Source: Desulfobulbus propionicus DSM 2032 (GTDB lineage Bacteria > Desulfobacterota > Desulfobulbia > Desulfobulbales > Desulfobulbaceae). Taken from it: a stretch of 32,000 bases of DNA. The notes under the pieces were generated by a model, which was not told the DNA's origin, ran no database searches, and was given only the letters and a program-made list of their open reading frames with translations. The translations under genes were made by a program, and so were the position numbers. Below are positions 8,410-17,652 of the stretch, piece by piece. Where the stretch lies: contig NC_014972.1 in the NCBI RefSeq assembly GCF_000186885.1, positions 1,470,001 to 1,502,000 on the forward strand, given 5' to 3'. Position 1 is the stretch's first letter, and every line of letters starts with the position of its first letter.

Positions 8410-9162
8410 TTAGAATTTGAAACGAACAGAAGCAACCACATTGTGACCGTTGATGCTCTCTGCCTCGCCAGCATCGGAGATGCCGAGGTACTCATAGCCC
8501 AAGTCACCGGCGATCTCGTCGGTGAAATTGTAGGTCATACCAAGGCCTGCCTTGTAGGCAAAGGCGTTGTCGCTGCCACCATAGGTGCCTGCCGGGCCAT
8601 CCAATCCTGCGGATACGTCAACATTCCAGTCGAACTGGGCAACACCCAGACCAGCCATGGCATAGACAGCAAAGGCGTCGTACACCGGAATCTCGTAGTA
8701 GCCGTTGACGAAAACGGTTTTGGCATTGTAATCGCCACCCAAATCATAACCAAAGGCTGTTTCATCATCCAGATCCGCACCCTGATAGGCCAACTCGAGC
8801 TCTGCCCGGAACTGACCGAACTGCTTGCCCAGAGCGATGGCACCACCGAAACCGGCATCGCTGTCCCACTCGTTGATAGGACCGAGATCCTGCTGGGTCC
8901 AAGCGGCACGAACGCCGAGACGGGCATACCACATGGAGTCATACTCGAGAGCGGTGATCCGCTGCTCATGATTCTCCAGCTGTTTTGCGTGGGCGCCCAG
9001 CTGCTCGTTCTGCTGCGCCTGGGAAGAATTCAGGTCATCGATCTGCTGCTGGCATGCTTCCGGACAACCAGCATCCATCTTTTTGCCAGGGCCACCGGCC
9101 AGAGCAACACCAGCGGTCAGAACAAAAGCCGACACAGCCATTACACTCAATACTTTCTTCAT
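8410..9162 (-). CDS. Outer-membrane beta-barrel protein with N-terminal CxxxC and Gln-rich coiled-coil segment
   Basis: A signal peptide (MKKVLSVMAVSAFVLTAGVALA) is followed by CPEACQQQIDDLNSSQAQQNEQLGAHAKQLENHEQRITALE, then alternating aromatic/Gly beta-strand patterns. The protein ends ...VVASVRFKF, with the terminal Phe typical of OMPs. ATG 9162 is preferred because AGGAGA lies 6 nt upstream; ATG 9168 directly abuts the SD. Confidence 0.85.
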   Translation of the reverse strand: MKKVLSVMAVSAFVLTAGVALAGGPGKKMDAGCPEACQQQIDDLNSSQAQQNEQLGAHAKQLENHEQRITALEYDSMWYARLGVRAAWTQQDLGPINEWDSDAGFGGAIALGKQFGQFRAELELAYQGADLDDETAFGYDLGGDYNAKTVFVNGYYEIPVYDAFAVYAMAGLGVAQFDWNVDVSAGLDGPAGTYGGSDNAFAYKAGLGMTYNFTDEIAGDLGYEYLGISDAGEAESINGHNVVASVRFKF

Positions 9163-9290
9163 ATCCATTCTCCTACGTTTAGTGAGACTTTATGAACACC
9201 CGGGCGTTATTGCCCAAAAAAACGGTTGATCCTCCGATGCGCCGTGATCCCCGGCCGGTATGCCGAGAGCCCTGCATCAAGTTTGATTGA

Positions 9291-9319
9291 AATATAACAA
9301 AGGAAAGGATTGCCTGCAA
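9291..9319 (-). promoter_or_regulatory. Candidate sigma70 promoter of the OMP gene with an upstream AT-rich (UP-like) tract
   Basis: On the minus strand: TTGCAG (9319..9314), 17 nt spacer, TATATT (9296..9291). The region 9331..9417 upstream is very AT-rich and carries A/T tracts. Confidence 0.5.
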
Positions 9320-9440
9320 TATCCAACATGCAAAAAAATACAAAATTTTGAACGAAAAGAAGGCGACTGCTGCTTAACATTTTGATTTTTATAGTTTTGT
9401 ATAAAAAATAAAAATTTGCACCCTGGGTGTGCCGTGCTGC

Positions 9441-9469
9441 TTGACGAAGTCGATGCGGTTGACTAGATA
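9441..9469 (+). promoter_or_regulatory. Candidate sigma70 promoter for the DUF1343/NamZ-like gene (and possibly the lpx cluster)
   Basis: TTGACG (9441..9446), 17 nt spacer, TAGATA (9464..9469). The -10 element is weak. Confidence 0.35.
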
Positions 9470-9531
9470 ACGGGACGATGGCATGCGCGTGTGGGGCTGT
9501 CCGTTCAGAGAGGCGAATCCGTGGAGGTGAT

Positions 9532-10701
9532 GTGATTCAGATAGGAATTGAGCAACTGTGCCGGTCCGGTGCCGAGCGGCTAAAGGGTAAACGATTGGGT
9601 TTGTTGGCCAACCAGGCTTCCACCGACAAACATTTCAATCACGGTCGTGACCTCTTGCTGGCAGCCTTCCCCGGACAACTGACCTGCCTTTTTTCGCCGC
9701 AGCACGGATTTTTCAGCGAAAAGCAGGACAACATGATCGAATCCGATCATGGGGTCGATCAGGTGAGTGGCCTGCCGGTCTATTCACTGTACGGGGAAAC
9801 GCGCAAGCCCTATCCGTCGATGTTTGCCGATATCGACGTGCTGCTGGTCGATCTGATCGATGTCGGTACCCGGGTGTACACCTTTATCTGGACCGTGGTC
9901 CACTGTTTGGAAGTGGCGGCGGAAACCGGTATCACGGTCATGATTCTCGACCGGCCCAATCCCATCGGCGGCCATCTGGTCGAGGGCAACCTGCTGCGCG
10001 CGGAGTGCGCCTCCTTTGTTGGCCGTTGTGCCATTCCCATGCGCCACGGTTTGACCCTGGGCGAATTGGCCCTGCTCTGCAATCGGGAGCTGGAGATTGG
10101 CGCCGATCTGCAAGTGGTCCGGATGAACGGTTGGACGCGACGGATGTTTTTCCCCGCCACCGGCTACCCATGGGTCTTTCCCTCGCCCAATATGCCCTCC
10201 TTTGCCACGGCCTTGGTCTATCCAGGGCAAGTGCTGTGGGAAGGAACCAATATCTCCGAAGCCCGGGGCACGACATTGCCCTTTGAGTTGTTCGGCGCCC
10301 CCTTTCTCGAACATGGGGCGGTGCTCGATGCGCTCCGCGCAACAGAACTGCCCGGCTGCCACCTGCGGCCACTGCGCTTCGAGCCGACCTCGGGCAAATG
10401 GATGGGACAGATGTGTACCGGCTTTCAGATCCACGTGCTCAATCCTGACCAATTCCGCCCCTATCGCACCAGCCTGGCCCTGTTCCAGGCGATCCGCTGC
10501 CTCTATCCCGAACAGTTTGCCTACAAATCACCACCCTATGAATATGAATTCGAGCGGCTGCCCATGGACCTGATCATCGGTGATAAGATGGTGCGCGAGG
10601 GGCTGGAAAACGGTGTCCCCATCGCCGAACTGGAGCGGGTCTGGCAGGAGGAACTGGACGAGTATCGGCAGCTTCGCCGCGCTGTTTTTCTTTACGACTG
10701 A
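9532..10701 (+). CDS. DUF1343 family protein (NamZ-like exo-beta-N-acetylmuramidase family)
   Basis: IQIGIEQL...LKGKRLGLLANQASTD...SPQHGFF...VYSLYGETRKP...DVLLVDLIDVGTRVYTFIWT...ILDRPNP matches DUF1343 hallmarks. GTG 9532 is preceded by GGAGG (9523..9527). The track start at ATG 9478 is an alternative that would be nearly leaderless relative to the candidate promoter. Confidence 0.85.
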   Translation: MIQIGIEQLCRSGAERLKGKRLGLLANQASTDKHFNHGRDLLLAAFPGQLTCLFSPQHGFFSEKQDNMIESDHGVDQVSGLPVYSLYGETRKPYPSMFADIDVLLVDLIDVGTRVYTFIWTVVHCLEVAAETGITVMILDRPNPIGGHLVEGNLLRAECASFVGRCAIPMRHGLTLGELALLCNRELEIGADLQVVRMNGWTRRMFFPATGYPWVFPSPNMPSFATALVYPGQVLWEGTNISEARGTTLPFELFGAPFLEHGAVLDALRATELPGCHLRPLRFEPTSGKWMGQMCTGFQIHVLNPDQFRPYRTSLALFQAIRCLYPEQFAYKSPPYEYEFERLPMDLIIGDKMVREGLENGVPIAELERVWQEELDEYRQLRRAVFLYD

Positions 10702-10814
10702 ACGAATGTCCGGTATTCTTGCAGGTTCCCGTTGAGCGTGAATTTCCTCCGGGCAACCGGGAACAATCCGGTTTTCCGCATGCTCGAACCCTACGTATTT
10801 CTGGAGGAGCGAAC

Positions 10815-11879
10815 GTGTCCCGCGAATGCACCCTGCGGCAATTGGCCGACCTGGTCGGTGGCCGGGTGGAAGGCGATCCCAACCTGATCGTCCGTGGTCT
10901 GAACGGCATCGAGTATGCCCAACCCGGCGAGATCACCTTTATCCTTGACCGCAAACAGCTGCCGCTGCCCGAAACCTGCCAAGCCTCGGCCTGTATCGTC
11001 CCGGTTGATACCGAAGCCCTGGGCAGGCCGGCCATTGTCACTGACCAGCCGTCACTGGCTGCCGCCCGCATCCATACCTTTTTGCTGACCGAACCTTTTC
11101 AGGCCAAGGGGATTCATCCTTCGGCGGTGACTGGCGAAGGATGCGTGATTCCACGGGAGGTGACCATCGGCCCCTTGGTCTGTCTCGGCGACCGGGTGAC
11201 CCTGGGGGAACGCGTCACCATCCACCCCGGCGCGGTGATCGGCAGTGACGTCGTCATTGACGACGACACCATCATTCATGCCAATGTAACCGTGGCCGAG
11301 CGTTGCACCATCGGCAAACGGGTGATCCTCCATCATGGGGCGGTGATTGGCAGTGACGGCTTTGGTTTTGCCACCGACCGGATGGGCGTGCATTATAAGA
11401 AGCCGCAGGTCGGCACGGTGCGCATTGACGACGACGTCGAGATCGGCGCCAATTCCTGCGTTGATCGCGCCGCCTTTGGCACCACCTGGATCAAGTCCGG
11501 TGCTCGAATCGACAACCTGGTCATGGTGGGCCACAATGTCGTCGTGGGCGAACATTCCATCCTGGTCGCCCAGGTGGGCATTGCCGGCAGCACCACCCTG
11601 GGCCGCAATGTGGTGCTCGGCGCCAAGGCCGGAGTCGCGGGGCATTTGCACCTCGATGACCAAGTGATGGCGGCCGCCAAAAGCGGCATTCACAACAATC
11701 AACCCAAGGGCGCCATGATCGGCGGCTCCCCGGCGATCGAGGTCAAAAGCTGGGGCCGGGCCGCGGCCGCCTTCAGCCGCTTGCCGGAAATGGTCAAGGA
11801 ACTGCGAAGGTTGCGCAAGGAGGTGGACCGGCTGACCGGACTGCTTGCACCCACAGATCAACAGAAGGACAACCAATGA
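10815..11879 (+). CDS. lpxD: UDP-3-O-(3-hydroxyacyl)glucosamine N-acyltransferase
   Basis: LRQLADLVGGRVEGDPN... is followed by a long left-handed beta-helix of hexapeptide repeats, in an lpxD-fabZ-lpxA context. GTG 10815 has GGAGGAG 5 nt upstream. Confidence 0.92.
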   Translation: MSRECTLRQLADLVGGRVEGDPNLIVRGLNGIEYAQPGEITFILDRKQLPLPETCQASACIVPVDTEALGRPAIVTDQPSLAAARIHTFLLTEPFQAKGIHPSAVTGEGCVIPREVTIGPLVCLGDRVTLGERVTIHPGAVIGSDVVIDDDTIIHANVTVAERCTIGKRVILHHGAVIGSDGFGFATDRMGVHYKKPQVGTVRIDDDVEIGANSCVDRAAFGTTWIKSGARIDNLVMVGHNVVVGEHSILVAQVGIAGSTTLGRNVVLGAKAGVAGHLHLDDQVMAAAKSGIHNNQPKGAMIGGSPAIEVKSWGRAAAAFSRLPEMVKELRRLRKEVDRLTGLLAPTDQQKDNQ

Positions 11880-12331
11880 CAACACAAACGATAGATGTGC
11901 AATTGCCCATTGATATCAAGGGGATCATGGAGATCCTGCCACACCGGTATCCCTTCCTCCTGGTTGATCGGATCGTGGAGCTGGAAAAGGGAAAAACCAT
12001 CACCGGCGTCAAGAACGTGACCATGAATGAACCGTTTTTCCAGGGACATTTTCCGGGTGAGCCGGTCATGCCCGGTGTGCTCATTCTCGAGGCCATGGCC
12101 CAGACCGGCGGCATTCTCGCCTGCCTTTCCGATGCGGACATGATCGGCCGGCTGGTTTACTTTGCCGGTGTGGACAAGGCCCGGTTCCGCCGGGTGGTGC
12201 GTCCGGGCGATCAGCTGGTCATGAAATTGGAAATGATCAAACAAAAAGGCAAGGTCACCAAGATGGCCGGCAAGGCCTACGTGGATGACCAGCTGGCCAC
12301 CGAGGCCGAGCTGATGGCTAGTTTCGCCTGA
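11876..12331 (+). CDS. fabZ: 3-hydroxyacyl-ACP dehydratase
   Basis: ILPHRYPFLLVDRIVEL...NEPFFQGHFPGEPVMPGVLILEAMAQTGG is the canonical FabZ signature. There is an ATGA overlap with lpxD. Confidence 0.96.
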   Translation: MTTQTIDVQLPIDIKGIMEILPHRYPFLLVDRIVELEKGKTITGVKNVTMNEPFFQGHFPGEPVMPGVLILEAMAQTGGILACLSDADMIGRLVYFAGVDKARFRRVVRPGDQLVMKLEMIKQKGKVTKMAGKAYVDDQLATEAELMASFA

Positions 12332-12401
12332 TATACGACTCTTCTTTCAACGGGCGGCCCATGGGTCGTTTTTCTTTGTTTCAGCACAGGACAGTCTTTC
12401 C

Positions 12402-13199
12402 ATGAATATACACCCCACGGCGGTCATCGACCCCAGAGCCCAACTCGATTCCTCGGTGATCGTCGAACCCTACGCCGTCATCGACGGCCCGGTCAAGATC
12501 GGCCCGGAAACCCGTATCTGCGCCCACGCGGTGGTTTCCGGCCACACCACCCTGGGCGCCCGTAACACCATCGGCTCCTTTGCCACCATTGGCGCCCCAC
12601 CGCAGGACATCCACTACAAGGACGAACCGACCGAGCTGATCATCGGCGACGGCAACCAGATTCGCGAGTATGTATCCATTCACCGGGCAACGGCCAAGGC
12701 CAGCGGCAAGACCCTGATCGGCGACAACAACATGATCATGGCCTACTGCCACATCGCCCACGACTGCATCATCGCCGACCATGTGATCATGGCCAACGTC
12801 GCCACCCTGGCCGGTCACGTGGAGATCGGCAGCCACGCCAATCTCGGCGGCCTGGTGGCGGTGCATCAGTTCTGCCGCATCGGCGACTATGCCTACATCG
12901 GCGGTATGTCCGGCATCGGCCTCGATGTGCCGCCCTATGTGATCATGGAAGGCACCCGCAACCAGATGCGCATTGCCGGTATCAACAAGATCGGCCTGCG
13001 CCGTGCCGGCATGGATCGGGAGACCATCAAATGTCTGGAGGAGGCGTTTAAGATTCTGTTCCGCTCTCCGGAACTGCTGCTCAAGGATTCCCTGGCCAAG
13101 CTGGAAGAGGAGATGAAAGACTGCATCGAGGTCCAGCTGATGGTCGATTTTTTCCACTCCAGCAAGCGAGGAGTGGTCAAGCGGACCATTGATGACTGA
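12402..13199 (+). CDS. lpxA: Acyl-ACP--UDP-N-acetylglucosamine O-acyltransferase
   Basis: MNIHPTAVIDPRAQL..., hexapeptide repeats, and a C-terminal helical domain (GLRRAGMDRETIKCLEEAFKILFRS). Confidence 0.95.
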   Translation: MNIHPTAVIDPRAQLDSSVIVEPYAVIDGPVKIGPETRICAHAVVSGHTTLGARNTIGSFATIGAPPQDIHYKDEPTELIIGDGNQIREYVSIHRATAKASGKTLIGDNNMIMAYCHIAHDCIIADHVIMANVATLAGHVEIGSHANLGGLVAVHQFCRIGDYAYIGGMSGIGLDVPPYVIMEGTRNQMRIAGINKIGLRRAGMDRETIKCLEEAFKILFRSPELLLKDSLAKLEEEMKDCIEVQLMVDFFHSSKRGVVKRTIDD

Positions 13200-14043
13200 A
13201 CAGCCGCCCCAGGCATTGCCCATCGGCCTGATCGCCGGCGGCGGCCAATTTCCGCTGCTCTTTGCCGAGGCCGCCCGAGCGCGGGGCCGGCGGGTGGTGG
13301 CCATCGCCCATGTCAACGAAACCGCGATCGAGATCGAGGACCGGGCCGATGCGGTCTACTGGGTCAAGTTGGGGCAGTTGGGCAAGATCATCAAGCATTT
13401 CAAGCGGGAAGGGGTAGGCGAGACCGTCTTTGCCGGCACCATCACCAAGACCCGGATTTTTCACGATATCCTGCCGGATTTGAAAGGCCTTTCCCTGTGG
13501 AGCAAAATCGACCGGCGGCTGGACGACGCCATCCTTCGGGCCGTGGCCGCCAGTATGGAAGAGGAGGGGATCCGGGTACTCGCTTCTACCTGTTACCTCG
13601 AGCACCTTTTTTTTCCAAAAGGCCTGCTGAGTCGAAAAAAACCCTCGGCCGAGCAAATGGAGGATATCCGTTTCGGCTGGAAAGTGGCCCGCGAGGTCGG
13701 TCGGCTCGACATCGGCCAGTGCGTGGTGGTCCGCGATCGCTCGGTGCTGGCGGTGGAAGCCATCGAGGGCACCGATGCGGCCATCCGTCGTGGCGGTGAA
13801 CTGGCCGGATCCGGGGCAGTGGTGGTCAAACTGAAGAAGCCGAACCAGGATTTTCGCTTCGATCTGCCGGCCACGGGGCCGCGCACCATCGACACCCTGG
13901 CGGCGGTCAAGGGAGCGGTGTTGGCGGTGGAGGCCGGCCAGTCGTTGCTTTTTGACCGAACGGCCATGGTCGAGGCGGCCGATCGCGCGGGCCTAGTGGT
14001 GGTCGGGCTGGTCGAGGACGAACAGGGAGAACTCCAGTATTGA
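13192..14043 (+). CDS. lpxI: UDP-2,3-diacylglucosamine diphosphatase LpxI (DUF1009)
   Basis: [31 protein letters not shown]...[23 protein letters not shown] is typical of LpxI, and the gene directly follows lpxA. ATG 13192 overlaps the lpxA stop by 8 nt. Confidence 0.88.
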   Translation: MTEQPPQALPIGLIAGGGQFPLLFAEAARARGRRVVAIAHVNETAIEIEDRADAVYWVKLGQLGKIIKHFKREGVGETVFAGTITKTRIFHDILPDLKGLSLWSKIDRRLDDAILRAVAASMEEEGIRVLASTCYLEHLFFPKGLLSRKKPSAEQMEDIRFGWKVAREVGRLDIGQCVVVRDRSVLAVEAIEGTDAAIRRGGELAGSGAVVVKLKKPNQDFRFDLPATGPRTIDTLAAVKGAVLAVEAGQSLLFDRTAMVEAADRAGLVVVGLVEDEQGELQY

Positions 14044-14066
14044 ATCCAAGGGAAGAGGCAACGACC

Positions 14067-15446
14067 ATGCACACCACATCCATTGTCGATCTCCTGCGTC
14101 GCCAACCGGTGGGGGAAACGGTGACCATCAGCGGTTGGGTGCGCACCCGGCGCGATTCGGGCAGCTTTTCCTTTCTTGAAATCAACGATGGCTCGTGTCT
14201 GGCCAACTTGCAGCTCATTGCCGAGGAGCAGTTGGTCAATTATGCAAGTGAGGTGAAAAAACTGACCACCGGTTGTTCATTACGGGCACACGGCCTGCTC
14301 GTGGCCTCGCCGGCCAAGGGGCAGACGGTGGAAGTCCGGGCCGAACGCATCGAGGTGATTGGCTGGGCCGATCCCGAAACCTACCCCTTGCAGAAGAAAC
14401 GGCACAGTTTTGAATTTCTCCGCTCCATCGCCCATCTCCGGCCCCGCACCAATGCCCTGGGCGCGGTGGCCCGGGTGCGGAGCGCGCTGAGCTTCGCCAT
14501 TCACCGATTTTTCCATGAACACGGATTTCTCCAGGTCCATACCCCGGTGATCACCACCTCGGATTGTGAAGGCGCAGGCGAAATGTTCACGGTCACCGCT
14601 CTGGAACCCGGCCAACTGCAGGGACCTGATCCCTTCAATAACGATTTTTTTGGTCGACGGGCCGGATTGACGGTCAGCGGCCAGTTGCAGGCCGAAATTT
14701 TTGCCCTGTCCCACGGCCGGGTCTATACCTTTGGCCCGACTTTTCGCGCGGAACACTCCAACACCAGCCGTCATCTGGCCGAATTCTGGATGCTGGAGCC
14801 GGAGATGGCCTTCTGCGATCTGGCCGGCAACAGGGACGTGGCGGAATCGTTGATCAAATTCTTGGTGTGCGTGGCCCTCGACGAGTGCGGCGAGGATCTG
14901 GCCCTGTTTGACCAGCACGTCGCCAAAGGGCTGATCGATAAGCTCACCCAAGTTCGCGACCGGCCCTTTGTTCATCTTCCCTACACCGATGCGGTGACCG
15001 AACTGCAGCGAGCGGGTCGGCAGTTCGAGTTTCCTGTGCAGTGGGGCATCGACCTCCAGGCCGAGCATGAGCGATTTTTGTGCGAAGAGGTGGCCCAGGC
15101 GCCGGTGGTGGTCACCAACTATCCGGCCGACATCAAACCCTTCTACATGCGGCTGGACGATGACGGCCGCACCGTGGCAGCCATGGATATCCTGGTGGCT
15201 GGAATTGGCGAGCTGATCGGCGGCAGTCAGCGCGAGGAGCGTTATGAAGTGCTGGCGGCCCGCATGGCGGCGGCCGGGCTTGATCTGGCCCAGTACGGCT
15301 GGTACCTTGACCTCCGGCGCTACGGTTCCGTGCCTCACAGTGGCTTTGGCCTCGGGTTTGAGCGGTTGGTGCAGTTCGTCACTGGCATGCAGAATATCCG
15401 TGATGTCATTCCCTTCCCGCGTACCCCGGGCAGCGCCCCCTGCTGA
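14067..15446 (+). CDS. asnS: Asparagine--tRNA ligase
   Basis: [25 protein letters not shown]..., class II motifs ([21 protein letters not shown]; GGSQREER; [12 protein letters not shown]) and the FPRTPG tail are present. ATG 14067 is preferred over the track TTG at 14040. Confidence 0.93.
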   Translation: MHTTSIVDLLRRQPVGETVTISGWVRTRRDSGSFSFLEINDGSCLANLQLIAEEQLVNYASEVKKLTTGCSLRAHGLLVASPAKGQTVEVRAERIEVIGWADPETYPLQKKRHSFEFLRSIAHLRPRTNALGAVARVRSALSFAIHRFFHEHGFLQVHTPVITTSDCEGAGEMFTVTALEPGQLQGPDPFNNDFFGRRAGLTVSGQLQAEIFALSHGRVYTFGPTFRAEHSNTSRHLAEFWMLEPEMAFCDLAGNRDVAESLIKFLVCVALDECGEDLALFDQHVAKGLIDKLTQVRDRPFVHLPYTDAVTELQRAGRQFEFPVQWGIDLQAEHERFLCEEVAQAPVVVTNYPADIKPFYMRLDDDGRTVAAMDILVAGIGELIGGSQREERYEVLAARMAAAGLDLAQYGWYLDLRRYGSVPHSGFGLGFERLVQFVTGMQNIRDVIPFPRTPGSAPC

Positions 15447-15470
15447 TACGTTTTTTTTAAGGAGTATCCC

Positions 15471-17156
15471 ATCGCAACGGTCACCGGAAACACCAACGGC
15501 CTCAAGCCGAAACAGCTACGGGATCTGGAGCGGCTCGCGCAAAAAAAGGTTGCCCCCGATGAGATCGTCGGCCGGGAGACCGCCCGCGCTCTGGCGGCCA
15601 TCTCCACCGAGCTGAACCGACGGGTCGGTCTTTTGATCCATCGCTCCGGCCAGATCGAAACGGTGATTGTCGGCGATTACGATCGCATCACCATCCCGGC
15701 CCTGGCCCATGTCGGTGCCAGCGGCGGCCGGTTGCGCGGTCTGCGTTGCGTGCATACCGTGCTTGGTGGCGCCGCAGCCATCAACGAGGAAGATATCATG
15801 GACCTGGCTTGTTTGCGGCTCGACCTGATGGCAACCCTGACCCTCCGCGACGGTCTGCCGGACCTGCTCCATCCGGTCCACCTCATTCCCCGCCAGGTGG
15901 ACGGCCGTGACTGGACTACGCTGTCCCCGGTCCATCCGGCCAACCAGCAACAGTCGTGCATCGAACTGATCGAGGCACTGGAAGATGAGTTTGTCCGTGA
16001 GCGGCCGGTGCGCGAGGTCGACCGGGGCAAGGACCGGGCCATCCTGGTGTCGGTGACCACCGGTTCACGGGGTGAGGCCGAGGATTCCATGGCCGAACTG
16101 GTCGAGCTGGCCCGTTCCGCCGGGGTCGAGGTCTTGGCCGAGGTAATCCAGCGGCGCAAGCACATCCACCCTCGTTTCATCCTTGGCCGCGGCAAGCTGG
16201 TGGAGATCGTGCTCATGAGCCTGCGTCTGGGGGCCAATCTGCTCCTTTTCGACCAAGAACTGAGCCCCTCGCAGATCCGCAGCGTCACCGACCACACCGA
16301 TCTGCGGGTTATCGACCGCACTCAACTGATCCTCGACATCTTTGCCAGCCGGGCCCGCTCGCGTGAAGGCAAATTGCAGATCGAAATGGCCCAGCTCAAG
16401 TACATGCTGCCCAAACTCACCACCCGCGACGACGCCCTGTCCCGCCTCACCGGCGGCATCGGCGCCCGCGGGCCGGGAGAGACTCGCCTGGAGATCGACA
16501 AACGACGGATCAACGACCGCATTACCCGGTTAGGCAAGGAGTTGAAGGCGGTGGGGGATCAACGTTTTCACCGTCGCAATCGGAGACGCAAACGGGACGT
16601 GCCGGTGATCTCCCTGGTCGGCTACACCAATGCCGGTAAATCAACCTTGCTCAATACCCTGACCAAAAGCGAGATTCAGGCCGAGGATCTGCTGTTTGCC
16701 ACTCTGGACCCCACCAGCCGGCGGTTGCGTTTTCCCGAGGACATGGAAGTGATCATCACCGACACGGTTGGTTTCATCCGCAACCTGCCCGCCGATCTGC
16801 TCAAGGCCTTTGAATCGACTTTGGAGGAGTTGTTCGAGGCGGACCTGCTCCTGCACGTGATCGATGTGTCCAATCCTGCCTGGCGACAACAGGTGGCGGT
16901 GGTGGAGGGCTTGCTGGCCGAACTGGAGCTGGATGGGATCCCGTGCCTCAAGGTGTTCAACAAGATTGACCGGTTGGCTCCGGAAGACCAGGCCGAGCTG
17001 GCGGATAGCGCGGAGGGCGTGGGAATCAGCGCCTTGGACGCGCACACCCTGCCGCCGTTGTTGATACGGGCGCAGGAAATATTGCGTACGGTTGCCGGAA
17101 AAGCAGCCGTCTCGACGGCGAACGGAAAGAGGCGGGAAGAGGAGGGGGAAGGATGA
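15471..17156 (+). CDS. hflX: GTPase HflX (long N-terminal form); start apparently a non-canonical ATC
   Basis: The G domain (GYTNAGKSTLLN, DTVGF, NKID) and HflX N-domain motifs are present. The frame is open from 15447 with no ATG/GTG/TTG before 15633, yet it encodes the conserved-looking ...VTGNTNGLKPKQLRDLERLAQKKVAPDEIV.... AAGGAG (15459..15464) lies 6 nt before ATC 15471. Confidence 0.8.
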   Translation: MATVTGNTNGLKPKQLRDLERLAQKKVAPDEIVGRETARALAAISTELNRRVGLLIHRSGQIETVIVGDYDRITIPALAHVGASGGRLRGLRCVHTVLGGAAAINEEDIMDLACLRLDLMATLTLRDGLPDLLHPVHLIPRQVDGRDWTTLSPVHPANQQQSCIELIEALEDEFVRERPVREVDRGKDRAILVSVTTGSRGEAEDSMAELVELARSAGVEVLAEVIQRRKHIHPRFILGRGKLVEIVLMSLRLGANLLLFDQELSPSQIRSVTDHTDLRVIDRTQLILDIFASRARSREGKLQIEMAQLKYMLPKLTTRDDALSRLTGGIGARGPGETRLEIDKRRINDRITRLGKELKAVGDQRFHRRNRRRKRDVPVISLVGYTNAGKSTLLNTLTKSEIQAEDLLFATLDPTSRRLRFPEDMEVIITDTVGFIRNLPADLLKAFESTLEELFEADLLLHVIDVSNPAWRQQVAVVEGLLAELELDGIPCLKVFNKIDRLAPEDQAELADSAEGVGISALDAHTLPPLLIRAQEILRTVAGKAAVSTANGKRREEEGEG

Positions 17157-17172
17157 CAGAGGGAATAGCTCT

Positions 17173-17652
17173 TCAGCTTTGAAGGAAAAAACCGAGTGCT
17201 TTGTCCATTTCCACGTTGCATCGAAATTCACAGCCTATGCTGTTGTGTTGCACCGTTTTGACCACCGCCTGTTTCTTGAGAACGGTGTTGTTTTTATCGT
17301 TCAGCTGGAATTCGATCAAAAGGAGCTGTCCCTGTTCGATTCGATGTATTCCGGAGACGGTAAAGCCTATACCCGTGCGGGAAATATTGTTGATATGGAT
17401 GATGCCGCCGCCAATTCCTCCCTCGGTGAGGATTTCATAGGTACCGGGAAGACTGGTCTGTTTACGGTAATGGCGGCGAAAATCAAGCAGCAGGGAGAAG
17501 ACCTGCTGGCAACGGCAGCGAACGGAGAGCGTATGCCGGCCGTGACGAAACTGGTCGACCGCAAAATGTTTAACCACGCCGCAAGAAGGGCAAATAACCG
17601 TTGCCGTGTTGTTGTCGCGGACATGCACTTTGAGTTCAGCCATGGCCGTCAA
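17173..17652 (-). CDS. PilZ domain protein with N-terminal Cys4 zinc-ribbon-like segment (putative c-di-GMP receptor)
   Basis: PilZ motifs RRHYRK (RxxxR) and NNISRTGIGF (D/NxSxxG) are present. The N-terminus carries CPSCG...CRC. A TTG start (17652) overlaps the upstream mini-ORF stop (TTGA); ATG 17643 is the alternative. Confidence 0.8.
   Translation of the reverse strand: MTAMAELKVHVRDNNTATVICPSCGVVKHFAVDQFRHGRHTLSVRCRCQQVFSLLLDFRRHYRKQTSLPGTYEILTEGGIGGGIIHINNISRTGIGFTVSGIHRIEQGQLLLIEFQLNDKNNTVLKKQAVVKTVQHNSIGCEFRCNVEMDKALGFFLQS

Noticed and set aside
9416-9433. A sigma54-like GGCAC...TGCA element on the minus strand upstream of the OMP gene. Similar GG...GC pairs occur at 18605..18625 and 20731..20752.
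   Set aside because: The GG-to-GC spacing is 14 to 16 nt instead of the required 12, so none fits the -24/-12 architecture.
12332-12401. The CCCATGGG palindrome followed by a T-run in the fabZ-lpxA spacer, considered as an internal attenuator.
   Set aside because: The palindrome has no loop and the flanking pairing is 4 bp or less, so it cannot form a convincing hairpin.
11052-13316. Long minus-strand ORFs (11052..11885 and 12381..13316) antisense to lpxD and lpxA.
   Set aside because: Hexapeptide-repeat genes in GC-rich genomes routinely leave the antisense frame open. The plus-strand products are unmistakably LpxD and LpxA.
14280-15338. A 352-aa minus-strand ORF antisense to asnS.
   Set aside because: It has no recognisable motifs, and asnS on the plus strand is unambiguous.
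15447-15458. A T8 run immediately after the asnS stop, considered as an intrinsic terminator.
   Set aside because: Only weak 4-bp pairings precede it. It sits directly in front of the hflX Shine-Dalgarno and is more likely part of the hflX translation initiation region.
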